This document shows, in pieces, positions 46,732 to 56,999 of a stretch of DNA of 64,000 bases; position 1 is the first letter of the stretch, and every line of letters starts with the position of its first letter. A program made the translations under genes and the position numbers. The notes under the pieces are model-generated. The model was given only the letters and a program-made list of their open reading frames with translations. It did no database searches and was not told the origin of the DNA. The stretch lies in IMG/VR virus record IMGVR_UViG_3300043449_002191, positions 32,001-96,000 of that record; one strand, given 5' to 3'. This stretch comes from a virus.

Positions 46732-48918
46732 ATGTCAAACCCATCTAAACAATTTGAAATGATTAGGCTGTATCCTCGCCTTAGTTCTGACCCAACGTCT
46801 GGACGAGTTGGTGAAATATACTATAATACTACGTTAAATTCTTTAAGATTATGCACAAGCTCTCTTCCTACTTGGACTAATGTAGGTGAAAATTCTTCTA
46901 CATTTCAAGATAAAAATGCGCTATTAATAGAAGGGGGCGTGTGGTCAAATTCTTTTACTTCACCTGATAATACAATATCATTTGATCAAAGTGCTTTTAT
47001 TCAATTACCTGGGTTTGATAAAGAATCTAACGAAATAGCAGCAGGATCTTATATTTTAAATGATCAGGAAGTTCTATATGTTGATATCAATAGAACAGTT
47101 GTTTCTTCTACATTAACTCCGTTAACTGCAAATATAAATGCCATTACTTCAAATAGCGATAGGCTTATAATTGCAAGAAATATTGGAGGAACTATTATTG
47201 TAGGGGATAGGCTATGCTTACCTACAAATTCACTGGGATCTTTAACGGAAAACCAAACAAGCCTAGATACGCAAAATTCTAACTTAAGACTTATAGACGG
47301 CGGAATTTGGTCTTTTTCTTCTAGCAACTCTTTATCGCTTTCATCAGACGCTTATATACAAGTTCCTGGACTTTTGTCAGCAGCTAATACTATAAGCTCT
47401 GGACCCTACACTGTACTTCCTGGAAACATTCTTTATTGTGAATTAAATAAAGAAGACGTAGTGTCTACACTATTTGTACAGGAAGTTTCTGTTAATACAT
47501 TACTTCCATTAAACTCATTTGTTTTAGCTTACAATGATGGATTAAAAGTTTGGATTTCAGATAATTTTGTTTTAAATTATGGTGAATCTAAAGAAGCAGG
47601 GCAAAATGTGTCTTCTGATCTTTTATCTTCAATTGGGGCCTCTAATTGGACTGATAAAGAGGGGCAATTAAGAATCCTTAAAGATGCTACACCATCTTCG
47701 ATTACATACATTACTCCTTTAAATAAAACTATTATTGATGGAACAATAAAATCTTTATCCATTAAAAATTCAAATGCTATTTTTGATGGAGCAAAAATTG
47801 ACTGGGAAGCTGGGGAAATTTACGACTATTCAGGGGCAACTTTATTATCTACATTTACTCCTCCTAATACTGAAATTTCTGATGGATATTTTAAATGGTA
47901 TTCAATTGCTTTAATTGCAGGAGCAATTGACATAAATAATGAAATAGAATTAATTTTAACTATAACAGCTTCTTCTGGGGAAAGTTTATTTAGTGCTAAT
48001 GCCCCTAAAGCTTTATACCCGTCTAGCTCTATTCACGTAGGGCAAGTTTCATTAGGTAACATTGGTGGAACTATTGAACCTATATTTCAGTCCGATATTA
48101 TTCAAAATACTTTGGGCGCAGGCGCTGGTGGAGCCAACGTAAATCTATCAAACCTTGAAACTACAGCAATTAACCAAGACTTACTGCCTGCAACAACAAA
48201 TAGTAAAGATATTGGCTCTGAGCTACTTGCATTTCAAGACGTATTTTCTTATGCGATTAGAACTAATGCAATTACTACTTTAAACGGATTAGGCTCTGTT
48301 ACGGTAGGTAATCCACTTACAATGGCAAACAATGGTATTAGTAACCTTGCCGATCCTCTTTTGGCACAGGATGCTGCAACTAAGTTTTACGTAGATGCCG
48401 CTGATTCTGCTTTAGACGCACGTCTAAGTGATCTAGAGGTTGATCCTGTAACTAAAACTTATGTGGATAATCAAGATGCGTTAAAGCTTGATCTTGCTGG
48501 TGGAACTATGTCAGGTAATATTGACATGGGGAACAATACTATCACTAACGTATTAAATCCAACTGCCCCACAAGATGTGGCTACTAAAGATTACGTCGAT
48601 AACCTTGCTGGATCTGGAACTAGCACTTTTGCCGCAGCTCAAAGCCAATTAGCCTATACAAATGTGACAGGTTTTTCTTTTAGTGCTAGCGGTAAAGGGT
48701 TAATTGAGGTTGTAATAGACGCAACTAGTGATTTATATGAAGTTTTTGATTTAATCGTAGTTAAAAAGGGTAGCACCTACGCTGTTGATTATATTAGTGC
48801 CGGAGATGCCAGTGGAGTTGACTTCAATATAACATCATCTGGACAAATCCAATACATTTCAGATACTTACGCTGGTTTTAATTCTTTGACTATCAAATTT
48901 AAAAAGACTGAGATCTAA
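46732..48918 (+). CDS. tail fibre-like structural protein
   Basis: Internal duplication (LI.GG.WS...A.IQ.PG...I..G.Y) and DAATKFYVD/DVATKDYVD fibre repeats. Confidence 0.7.
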   Translation: MSNPSKQFEMIRLYPRLSSDPTSGRVGEIYYNTTLNSLRLCTSSLPTWTNVGENSSTFQDKNALLIEGGVWSNSFTSPDNTISFDQSAFIQLPGFDKESNEIAAGSYILNDQEVLYVDINRTVVSSTLTPLTANINAITSNSDRLIIARNIGGTIIVGDRLCLPTNSLGSLTENQTSLDTQNSNLRLIDGGIWSFSSSNSLSLSSDAYIQVPGLLSAANTISSGPYTVLPGNILYCELNKEDVVSTLFVQEVSVNTLLPLNSFVLAYNDGLKVWISDNFVLNYGESKEAGQNVSSDLLSSIGASNWTDKEGQLRILKDATPSSITYITPLNKTIIDGTIKSLSIKNSNAIFDGAKIDWEAGEIYDYSGATLLSTFTPPNTEISDGYFKWYSIALIAGAIDINNEIELILTITASSGESLFSANAPKALYPSSSIHVGQVSLGNIGGTIEPIFQSDIIQNTLGAGAGGANVNLSNLETTAINQDLLPATTNSKDIGSELLAFQDVFSYAIRTNAITTLNGLGSVTVGNPLTMANNGISNLADPLLAQDAATKFYVDAADSALDARLSDLEVDPVTKTYVDNQDALKLDLAGGTMSGNIDMGNNTITNVLNPTAPQDVATKDYVDNLAGSGTSTFAAAQSQLAYTNVTGFSFSASGKGLIEVVIDATSDLYEVFDLIVVKKGSTYAVDYISAGDASGVDFNITSSGQIQYISDTYAGFNSLTIKFKKTEI

Positions 48919-48947
48919 GGTCTAGTAAAACGGGGTATAATAGTAGT

Positions 48948-49622
48948 ATGAGAAAACTACTATTTACCCTAGCTCTTCTTATATCCTGCCTTTCGCAGGC
49001 AAAACTTAAAATTGCCATATTAGATACTGGGATAAAGCCTGATAAGATAAAAGATCTTAAGCTTTGTCCAAATGAAAGTATTGATTTTACCAATTCCAAT
49101 TTAAATGATGACCATGGCCATGGCACCAACATAGCTGGTCTTATCTCCCAACAAATACCAAAAAATCTAGATTATTGCTTAGTTATTATTAAGGTCTTTG
49201 ATATTAATAACTTAGATAGTGCTATCGAGTCTACAATTAAAGGATTTAGATATGCACAGATGATTAGAGCTAATATCATTAATTATTCTGGCGGTGGAGC
49301 ATCTTCAGATAAAGAAGAAAAAGCCACTATAATAAACGCCTTAAATAAGGGTATTAAAATATTTGTTGCTGCAGGAAATCAAGGCAAAGATTTAGATGGT
49401 AATTGCGACTATTTTCCTGCCTGTTATGACAAAAGATTGGTTATTGTTGGGTCAAAAACTTCTAAAAATAAAATTTCTGAAAATTCTAATAGAGGAAAAG
49501 TGGTTTCTGTTTGGGAAATAGGCAAAGATAGAGAGGCGCTTGATATAGTACTATCTGGTACATCTCAAGCAACTGCAGTTGCCACGGGGAGATATGCATA
49601 TGAAAAACTTACTGGTAAATAA
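48948..49622 (+). CDS. secreted subtilisin-like (S8) serine protease
   Basis: Signal peptide; ILDTG, HGHGT, AAGN and SGTSQA catalytic motifs. Confidence 0.92.
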   Translation: MRKLLFTLALLISCLSQAKLKIAILDTGIKPDKIKDLKLCPNESIDFTNSNLNDDHGHGTNIAGLISQQIPKNLDYCLVIIKVFDINNLDSAIESTIKGFRYAQMIRANIINYSGGGASSDKEEKATIINALNKGIKIFVAAGNQGKDLDGNCDYFPACYDKRLVIVGSKTSKNKISENSNRGKVVSVWEIGKDREALDIVLSGTSQATAVATGRYAYEKLTGK

Positions 49623-49884
49623 AATGATTGCTACAGCAGCTTCAACTCTTCTTATTGCAATTTCATCGACGACTTCTGCCAATGATGTTTATGTACAGAA
49701 TAATTATAAGAGGGCCACTAATGTATTAAGCCAAATAGCATACAAAGAGCTTGGTATTGAAGGTTACTTGACTGATATGGAAAAAAGATATGTCCCAAAA
49801 GAGATAAAAGAGGATCTATCCGTGACCCTCGCTGTAAGCCGAATTATAGTAGAAAAAAAAGTAGTTTATATCTGGAGATTTTAA
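49579..49884 (+). CDS. hypothetical exported protein
   Basis: Signal-like segment; the start is probably 49600 or 49624. Confidence 0.5.
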   Translation: MPRGDMHMKNLLVNKMIATAASTLLIAISSTTSANDVYVQNNYKRATNVLSQIAYKELGIEGYLTDMEKRYVPKEIKEDLSVTLAVSRIIVEKKVVYIWRF

Positions 49885-50495
49885 CCACGTTTTCTTACTG
49901 AACACCAATGAGCATGACCAAAGTCTGAGTCATCAGTATACCCAAGCTTTTGAGCGCCGCAGTCACACAGGCTTTTCTTTTCAATAGTTTCAGAAACAGC
50001 ATTAAAGGAATTTGAAATAGAGTTATCGTTGACGGACCCAGTAATCAAAGAGTTTTGCCTCCATCCACCTTTTACCATTGTACTCATAGACTTTAATGAC
50101 AGCGTTAAGTTAGTAGAAAAACAGTCTGAAACAAGTGCTGTAATGTCTGACTTTACTGTATCTAATAAAAAAACTTCATAAAAATTATCGATAATAGCTG
50201 ATGCAAATAGAGACTTTTCAACAAAATCATTTTTATCTTTAAAAAAGTTATTTATTCGGCTAATGTGATGCCCATGAAGATTTTTATCATACACTACAAT
50301 TAGAATGGAATCAGTATTCCAAGGATTATAGGTACTGTTTGCAGTTCCTGTAAAATGTCCTGGGGTACTTCCAATATAATTTACACTAGGTTGAAGCTTA
50401 AATACTTCAATCTCAATTCCAGCCTGATAGCCCCAACGTCTTATCATGTAGCCATTTAACTCAGTTAAAAACTCACCATAATCCCAATAAAGCAT
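49881..50495 (-). CDS. hypothetical protein with a C-terminal CDCG...HAHWC Zn motif
   Basis: 204 aa, GGAGG RBS. Confidence 0.65.
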   Translation of the reverse strand: MLYWDYGEFLTELNGYMIRRWGYQAGIEIEVFKLQPSVNYIGSTPGHFTGTANSTYNPWNTDSILIVVYDKNLHGHHISRINNFFKDKNDFVEKSLFASAIIDNFYEVFLLDTVKSDITALVSDCFSTNLTLSLKSMSTMVKGGWRQNSLITGSVNDNSISNSFNAVSETIEKKSLCDCGAQKLGYTDDSDFGHAHWCSVRKRG

Positions 50496-50538
50496 AATAG
50501 CCTCCGCATAATGATTGTGTCATATTATAGTAAATATG

Positions 50539-51291
50539 TCAATCTATTTTTGTTAAAATTTCATACCCAGAATTGGTTATCAAAACGGTATGCTCAAATT
50601 GAGCCGATCTTTTGCCATTGTCACATTTTCCTACAATAATTTGTGACTCAGGTATCCTAGACCAAGATATTGCTGATCCTTTTTGTATCAAAATGGGCTC
50701 AACCGTTATACACGTCCAAGGTCTAAGTAAGGCTCCAGTTCCAGGAATTCCATAGCTTAGTATATTTGGTTCCATATGGTACTTTTTGCCTACGCCATGG
50801 CCAGTACATTCCTTAACCACGTCCAAATTATTACTTTTAGCTATCTGTTCTATGACAAATCCTATGTCACCAGTAGTGCCGTTGGGGTATATCATTGCTA
50901 TTCCGGCCATCATAGCGTTTTCTGCAGCAGCCATTAAGTTTATGTCCTTAAGCGATGTGCTACTTACAGAGACGGTTTTAGACGTATCCCCGATGTATTC
51001 GCCCAGAAGCACTGCAACGTCTATGTTAAGAATGTCACCCTCTTTTAGAGGTGTATCATCAGGTACACCGTGGCATACTACTTCGTTGACTGAAGTGCAA
51101 AGAGTATGCTTGTAGCCTTTGTACCCTACGTTAATCGGAGTTCCGCCTTTTGAAACAATGTAGTCGTGAGTGGCTTTATCAATTTCAGCTGTAGTTACAC
51201 CTTCCATGACCATATCTGACGCATACTTTAGCGCTTGGGCTGCCAATTTACCTGCTTTTGCCATTCCATTAGCAAAGTCTATATGCTTCAT
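50539..51291 (-). CDS. map: methionine aminopeptidase (type I)
   Basis: CTSVNEVVCHGVP, GDILNIDV, GDTS.T, GHGVG..YH.EP, TVEP and SAQFEHTVLIT..G.EILT motifs. Confidence 0.95.
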   Translation of the reverse strand: MKHIDFANGMAKAGKLAAQALKYASDMVMEGVTTAEIDKATHDYIVSKGGTPINVGYKGYKHTLCTSVNEVVCHGVPDDTPLKEGDILNIDVAVLLGEYIGDTSKTVSVSSTSLKDINLMAAAENAMMAGIAMIYPNGTTGDIGFVIEQIAKSNNLDVVKECTGHGVGKKYHMEPNILSYGIPGTGALLRPWTCITVEPILIQKGSAISWSRIPESQIIVGKCDNGKRSAQFEHTVLITNSGYEILTKID

Positions 51292-51343
51292 GTCTAGACC
51301 TTAGTTTAGTGTTTTAATAAATTTTTCTACAAAAGTATTATAC

Positions 51344-51354
51344 CCTAATCTTAT
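51344..51354 (+). promoter_or_regulatory. putative late promoter CCTAATCTTAT
   Basis: Exact copy upstream of the endolysin. Confidence 0.7.
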
Positions 51355-51370
51355 ATAGATGGGAGATTAA

Positions 51371-51775
51371 ATGATTGATTTAAGGGAGATCCTTAAAAGT
51401 TTGAGTTTTGATGACCAGACCCCAGAGGTTAAGGAGAATCTTTTGATTTTGCTTCAGCGCATCAATGTTATTAGGGAGGCTTACGGCAAACCTATGACTA
51501 TTACCTCTGGACTTAGGAGCATGGCTGATCATTTAAGAATTTATGCCGAAAAAGGCATTACTGACAAAAATAAGATTCCCATGAAATCAAAGCATCTTTA
51601 TGGTCAGGCGGTTGATATATCCGACCCAAAGAAAAAGCTACAAAAGTGGATTCTAGAAAACTTATCCGTAGTTGAAGAAGCTGGACTGTGGATGGAGGAT
51701 TTCTCTGCTACCCCTAATTGGGTCCATTTTCAAACAGTTCCGCCAGCAAGTGGAAAAAGGTTTTTTAAGCCATGA
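51371..51775 (+). CDS. peptidase M15-family endolysin
   Basis: ITSGLRS, S.HLYGQAVD and WVHF zinc motifs. Confidence 0.85.
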   Translation: MIDLREILKSLSFDDQTPEVKENLLILLQRINVIREAYGKPMTITSGLRSMADHLRIYAEKGITDKNKIPMKSKHLYGQAVDISDPKKKLQKWILENLSVVEEAGLWMEDFSATPNWVHFQTVPPASGKRFFKP

Positions 51776-52038
51776 TTTGGGATGATGACGACAAAGCAAT
51801 AAATCAATGGGATATAGCCAAAAAATCTGACGATTTAATAAATAAGATATCTAAGCTAAAGCAAAAAAGCTCTTTAACTATAAGCGAAAACGAACTGCTA
51901 CAGGAATACACTAAAGAGCTGCATGAGATGCAAGAAAAATGCTACCATAATTATAAAGTTGTTCTTTTATTCCACTGGCATAGAAAATATTGTGAAAGAT
52001 GCCATAAAGAAGATACTTCATACAGGCATGACGGCTAG
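51772..52038 (+). CDS. hypothetical protein
   Basis: 88 aa, coupled to the endolysin; C.H...C..C motif. Confidence 0.6.
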   Translation: MIWDDDDKAINQWDIAKKSDDLINKISKLKQKSSLTISENELLQEYTKELHEMQEKCYHNYKVVLLFHWHRKYCERCHKEDTSYRHDG

Positions 52039-52470
52039 CTGTTTTGCGTATAATTAATCAGGGCCTTTAAATCAGTAATTGCTTTTGCCATCTCTTTATT
52101 TAAATTAGTCACGGTTTGCATTTTTTTGCTGGCAGTATCCTGATCACTATTATTTCCAGCCATAAGCATTTCAAAAGATTCTTTTCGCAATAAATCAGAT
52201 ATCCTGTAAAGCTCTTCCACTTTAATTAAAACCTGAGTAGATAAAATCATTTTATTTACCTTCCATGTTTAAAATTACATCACTGATATCTTCCATGCCT
52301 CTTTTATGCAAAAATTTGATAAGATCATTTTTAATTGTTTCAACATTTGTCACATCTTTCAGATATTCACTAGTAAAAGTATAAGAATCCAGAGGTGTGA
52401 CTCCTTCGTAAATAGTTAGCTCATAAGCACTGTCGATTCTTGGGTGTAAATTTACAACAACTGTTTTCAT
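52035..52470 (-). other. two small hypothetical ORFs (52035-52250, 52252-52470)
   Basis: Tail end of the replication operon. Confidence 0.6.
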
Positions 52471-53171
52471 AAAATCTCCTCCAATATAGCCTTTTCTGCA
52501 TTTTCTAAGAATTCTTGAAGTGCAACGGTTTTATTATCAATAACTACATCAAAATTATAGTCATCCAAGTCTCGTTCAGATGGATCTTCGGATACAGAAG
52601 TTGCAAACCTATTGATTCGAACGGTTAACAGTATATCGTATTTATCCATAAAACGCCGTAAACACTCTACCTCACTTTTATACCTTAAATCAGAGATAAT
52701 GTAAATACCGTCTGGGTCAATATTTTTTGCTTCTAATATAGCCTGAAAAGCCCAATAATCTGGGTCAACAGACCTTTTTGTGGAGCCTTCTAGGATACAT
52801 AGTGCCCTGGGTGTCCAATATAACTTCTCAAAGCGGCCAGAATACTCAGGGTTTCCTAATGCTTGTTTTGTAATAGGATGGACAAGATAATCTTTGGGTG
52901 ATTTTCCTTCTGAAGTCCTAAGCTCTTTGTATAAATGTTTTACAATCATTTCAGTAAATGAATCTTTTACATAAACTGGTTTATCTAACAGAGGCCATTC
53001 TTTTGTTTGCCTATCATCAATTGATGACCTATCAACCCTATACTGAGATGCAACATTGTCTTTTAATGGTTTTGCAAAACTCAATTGCACATATCCATAT
53101 TTTTTTGACAAATGTTCTGCTAACGTGTCTTTACCAGAACCCTTCCAACCACTTATAGCTATAATTTTCAT
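52467..53171 (-). CDS. deoxynucleoside monophosphate kinase
   Basis: IAISGWKGSGKDT, SFAKPLK, TPR, ISDLRY..E and SERDLD motifs of T4 gp1-like dNMP kinases. Confidence 0.85.
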   Translation of the reverse strand: MKIIAISGWKGSGKDTLAEHLSKKYGYVQLSFAKPLKDNVASQYRVDRSSIDDRQTKEWPLLDKPVYVKDSFTEMIVKHLYKELRTSEGKSPKDYLVHPITKQALGNPEYSGRFEKLYWTPRALCILEGSTKRSVDPDYWAFQAILEAKNIDPDGIYIISDLRYKSEVECLRRFMDKYDILLTVRINRFATSVSEDPSERDLDDYNFDVVIDNKTVALQEFLENAEKAILEEIL

Positions 53172-53936
53172 TTATTGCCCCTTTATGAATTTTTTAATAT
53201 CCTTTATAATTATTGCATTTGCCCATGAACTTTTTACTTCTACTGAAAAAACTACACCTACAACATTCCCAAAAAAGTTAACTATTGGGCTTCCAGATGA
53301 GCCAGGATGAGCAGTAACTGTAGTTAATATGGCATTAAAAGATGCGATGCATATCCATGTTACTCCTATTGTATTATCTGGTTGAGGATATTCGATTTGA
53401 TATAATGATTGATTTTTAACCGTTTGACACATAACTTGATCCATATCATTTGTTATATTGTATAAGGGCATATAGATTATGGATTGGGCCACAGCCTCAC
53501 CCATTGTCATGGTTCTTGGATTTAAATTTGGGTGACCTATTGCAGCTATAGTCTCCCCTTCGGCTACAGATCTAGCGAGAGTTAACCCCTCTACGCCATT
53601 TAATGGCTGAAGTAAGCATAAGTCAGTCTCGTCGGATATTTTAAGTATCTTAACTTGACTGCTAAATTCTTCGCTTTCGGCTACCATATACCCATTTTTA
53701 GATAAACCGCAAACGTGTTTATTTGTAATTATTCCAGTTTTCCCACTTGGGAGTTTTACGTGAAAACCTGTTCCTCCAGCTCTAGATGTATCTGTGCGAG
53801 TTAGTTTAACAACTTTAGAAGACACGTAACTTCTTAGGGCTGTTTTGTGGACTTGTGGGGCAAAGACGGATAAAAAGATAAAGGATGTCAAGATAAGAAT
53901 GGCCTCTAAAAGCGAATTTAACATTAATTTTACCAT
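53172..53936 (-). CDS. membrane-anchored trypsin-like serine protease
   Basis: GTGF, TNKHVC, DLCLL and PGSSGSP catalytic motifs; N-terminal hydrophobic helix. Confidence 0.9.
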   Translation of the reverse strand: MVKLMLNSLLEAILILTSFIFLSVFAPQVHKTALRSYVSSKVVKLTRTDTSRAGGTGFHVKLPSGKTGIITNKHVCGLSKNGYMVAESEEFSSQVKILKISDETDLCLLQPLNGVEGLTLARSVAEGETIAAIGHPNLNPRTMTMGEAVAQSIIYMPLYNITNDMDQVMCQTVKNQSLYQIEYPQPDNTIGVTWICIASFNAILTTVTAHPGSSGSPIVNFFGNVVGVVFSVEVKSSWANAIIIKDIKKFIKGQ

Positions 53937-54436
53937 GAGATACCTACACTTAATCCATAAGTTTGATTAGTTAATCCAAAGGCCCCTACTGAAAAAGGCC
54001 CAGCTACCTTTCTTTCTATTGAGGCTCCATAACTAAGATCACTTCTCAAGAGATTGCTATCTTTATGCGAAGATGAGATCAGGGCAGATGCTTTCCATTG
54101 AGATTCATACCCACTATCTTTTCTAATAAATAAGTCAGTCTTTCTGTCAGAAATTTTTTCGCCTTGTTTAGTCTGATCAATAACAATTCGACCTTTGTCT
54201 ACAGTTCTAGTTTCAGTCTTAATCGTTCCATCTGGAAACTTAGTTTCAATCACAATAGTCTCTATATTTTTTTGTTCATCAGTTTTTTTAGACTCTTTCC
54301 ATTTAATAACTTCTTTTTCCACAATACGTTCTTCTATTCTTACGGACTCTTTTTTGGGAGCGGTGTATCGACCTATGGCTAATGACGCAACAACAAGTGC
54401 GGCAATGCCTAAGATGCTTTTTAGATTAAAAGTCAT
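53930..54436 (-). CDS. membrane-anchored hypothetical protein
   Basis: N-terminal TM segment, charged middle, amphipathic beta C-terminus ending in W. Confidence 0.65.
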   Translation of the reverse strand: MTFNLKSILGIAALVVASLAIGRYTAPKKESVRIEERIVEKEVIKWKESKKTDEQKNIETIVIETKFPDGTIKTETRTVDKGRIVIDQTKQGEKISDRKTDLFIRKDSGYESQWKASALISSSHKDSNLLRSDLSYGASIERKVAGPFSVGAFGLTNQTYGLSVGISW

Positions 54437-54444
54437 AAATGCTC

Positions 54445-56169
54445 CTATCTTTTCCCATGCAAAACATCTTTTACAGCTTCTTGGGCCTTTTCAATGGCAG
54501 TCCTTGGGACTTGGACAAATTCACCTTTTGCCATCATTTCAGCAGCTTTTCCAAACTGGCTGCCAATATTCATAGAGGCTAATGTTTCCATAGTTATTTC
54601 ACCTAAATCTGTTACTTTTTGCGATATAGCTTCAGTCATAGCAACGTGAGTTTGCATATAGCCAAGCATTGTTTCATCGTCAGGCTCTGTTTCACATAAA
54701 AATCTATTCAGCGTTTGTACACTTAATCTTGCGCTATGATTTACAGTAATTGACGGGAGGTCTAGCCCATAAACTTTAGATCTACCATAATCAGATTTTG
54801 AGATAAACACAGATTCAGTTACGTTTGATCTAGACTTACCAACATAAAACTTTACACGACCACCGATCTTATCATTTTTGTTACGATTGATTGTAATAAA
54901 ATTATCTGAAATTTGATAAATGGCAAAGGAGTCGCCTACAGCGTCACCGCTAAGGTAGTTATTACTATCATTTTGAGCGTTATAGGCAAAACCAGATCTA
55001 TTTGTTTGAGCAAATGCAATAATATGGCAGTCTAACTTTTTAGCCAAGCTTTTAACGCTTCTAAAGATGTGTGCGAGCCTGTCTGGTTTCTTTTCCATCT
55101 TTTTTTCACGGCTATCAAGTGCAGAAGGGTAATCCCAAATAATGAGATCAAATGTTTTACCGTAAGTACGCTTGTACTGCTCATTTTTTTGAATAATCCA
55201 AGGAATAACATCCTCAATATACATTCCAAGCGGATCAGAGATCTCTTTAATAACTAGACCTTCGTTTTGATCTTTTTCGGAACCCATGATAATTTTTTTA
55301 AACGCCTCGATTTTATTCTGAATTAATGGAATTTTTCTATCATGAATAAGTTGAGTAGTCGTAAGTTTAGCTGTCACCTGAAGGCATTTGATCGCTACCT
55401 TAGATTCTTTTTCTTCATGAGAAACTATCAGCACGTTCTTTCCTAGTAAACGATTAGCTACAGCAATTGTGGCAGATGTAGTTGTCTTACCGGAGTTTGA
55501 TGGACCCATGATAGTAGTCAATTCGCCTCTGACTAAAGAACCTCTTGTTGAATCTTTAATAGAAAATGGATTTGATGGAGTTTGAATTCGTGCTGTAGCA
55601 AAAAGGAGTTCGTCAAAGTCTGGGTGACCAATAGTGCAATTCTCTAAAGATGAGGTATCTAATTTGTCTAGATCTAAGTCTATAAGAGACTGATCATACC
55701 CCTTTAGAGGATCTTCTACTGTGACTTTAGAGTTAACGGCTTGATTTAACACCTCTAAAGTCTTATTGACATCGCCACGGTTAATATGCTTTTCTGCAGA
55801 CTTAAGATTAGCCTTAACCCTTTCCATTGAAATAAAATCGTTTAACTTTGATTTTAACGGATGAAGGGAGGTAGTTTTGGCGTCCAAAAGAGACATATCT
55901 AATGTTTTGGTATATGGGGCAAGGTCTTGTTCTTTTGGGAACTTTTCAAATAAAACTTGAATAATATCGTTCTTTTTAGGTAATACAGTATGCCTACTGT
56001 AAAAATCTACAGCAATACTAAAAATTTCGCCCTGGTAGATATTTTGAAAATTGTTCTTCTTAAGATACATACTGCATGACAGTAGTACCTCGACATCTTC
56101 AACTAAATACCCGATCAGGGCTGACTGATACTTATCCGATAGCGATAATGTGCTTTCTATTTCGTTCAT
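54445..56169 (-). CDS. replicative DnaB-like (SF4) helicase
   Basis: IMGPSNSGKTT, SHEE, IIWDY, AQTNR and KSR motifs. Confidence 0.85.
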   Translation of the reverse strand: MNEIESTLSLSDKYQSALIGYLVEDVEVLLSCSMYLKKNNFQNIYQGEIFSIAVDFYSRHTVLPKKNDIIQVLFEKFPKEQDLAPYTKTLDMSLLDAKTTSLHPLKSKLNDFISMERVKANLKSAEKHINRGDVNKTLEVLNQAVNSKVTVEDPLKGYDQSLIDLDLDKLDTSSLENCTIGHPDFDELLFATARIQTPSNPFSIKDSTRGSLVRGELTTIMGPSNSGKTTTSATIAVANRLLGKNVLIVSHEEKESKVAIKCLQVTAKLTTTQLIHDRKIPLIQNKIEAFKKIIMGSEKDQNEGLVIKEISDPLGMYIEDVIPWIIQKNEQYKRTYGKTFDLIIWDYPSALDSREKKMEKKPDRLAHIFRSVKSLAKKLDCHIIAFAQTNRSGFAYNAQNDSNNYLSGDAVGDSFAIYQISDNFITINRNKNDKIGGRVKFYVGKSRSNVTESVFISKSDYGRSKVYGLDLPSITVNHSARLSVQTLNRFLCETEPDDETMLGYMQTHVAMTEAISQKVTDLGEITMETLASMNIGSQFGKAAEMMAKGEFVQVPRTAIEKAQEAVKDVLHGKR

Positions 56170-56172
56170 TGA

Positions 56173-56991
56173 TTATCCAAAAGTATAGTCTACTCTGTTG
56201 AGGTTTCTGCTCTCTATGAGTTTATTCATGATCTCTGTATAGTTTATACCGCTTTTTTTACATAAAAGTCTAGCCTTTTTACGAACCGAATGTTCGACTT
56301 TTTTGTAAGTAGCTAAATAAGCTAATTTTTCTGAGTAGTTATGAACATTCTCGTTAAGCTCTTTCTTATAATTATTTAGTTTTTGTTTAGACATTTTGCT
56401 TATACTTTGCTTAGTGTATTCCAGCTTGTCTATATCTGTTTTCTTTCTTGCTAATTCTTTAGCTAATCGTTTTTTATCCAATCCTTCTGATTTTTCAAAA
56501 AGAATATAGAGCTTATCATACTCAGTGTTCATTATTTCCATTTCATCAGAATTGTCATTTGAGCTAGGACCAAGATTTAAGTCTAGATTATTCATGCCAA
56601 TGCTCTCAATAGAAACGTCTGTATAAGATTCTTTGTAGTGAAACTTTCTATCTAAGGTAATAAGGAACGACTCAAGACGCTGATTTACATAACGCATCAA
56701 CACGTAGTAAAGATCCTTATCGGTCTTAAAGTTGCTGAGATCTTCTGTAGCAAATGCTAACCCAAAGGTTAAGCAGATATTATACATATCATCGTAATCA
56801 AACCCTAAATTCAAAAGGTCCGACCTATTTTTAATGAATACGTTTTTAGATAAAAATTTAATACAGCGATTAAAGTCTTTTCGTGTACGCAATGCCTCAA
56901 TTTTCTCTTTATTTTCATTAGCAAAAGCTTTTTTCAAAGAGTTGTTCTTTAAATAAACCGCCTCAAAATTGTCTTTACTCTTAAATGCCAT
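56173..56991 (-). CDS. hypothetical protein, possibly sigma-factor-like
   Basis: 272 aa; GFDYDDMYNICLTFGL...YVLMRYVNQRL loosely recalls sigma region 2. Confidence 0.35.
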   Translation of the reverse strand: MAFKSKDNFEAVYLKNNSLKKAFANENKEKIEALRTRKDFNRCIKFLSKNVFIKNRSDLLNLGFDYDDMYNICLTFGLAFATEDLSNFKTDKDLYYVLMRYVNQRLESFLITLDRKFHYKESYTDVSIESIGMNNLDLNLGPSSNDNSDEMEIMNTEYDKLYILFEKSEGLDKKRLAKELARKKTDIDKLEYTKQSISKMSKQKLNNYKKELNENVHNYSEKLAYLATYKKVEHSVRKKARLLCKKSGINYTEIMNKLIESRNLNRVDYTFG

Positions 56992-56999
56992 ATACCCTC

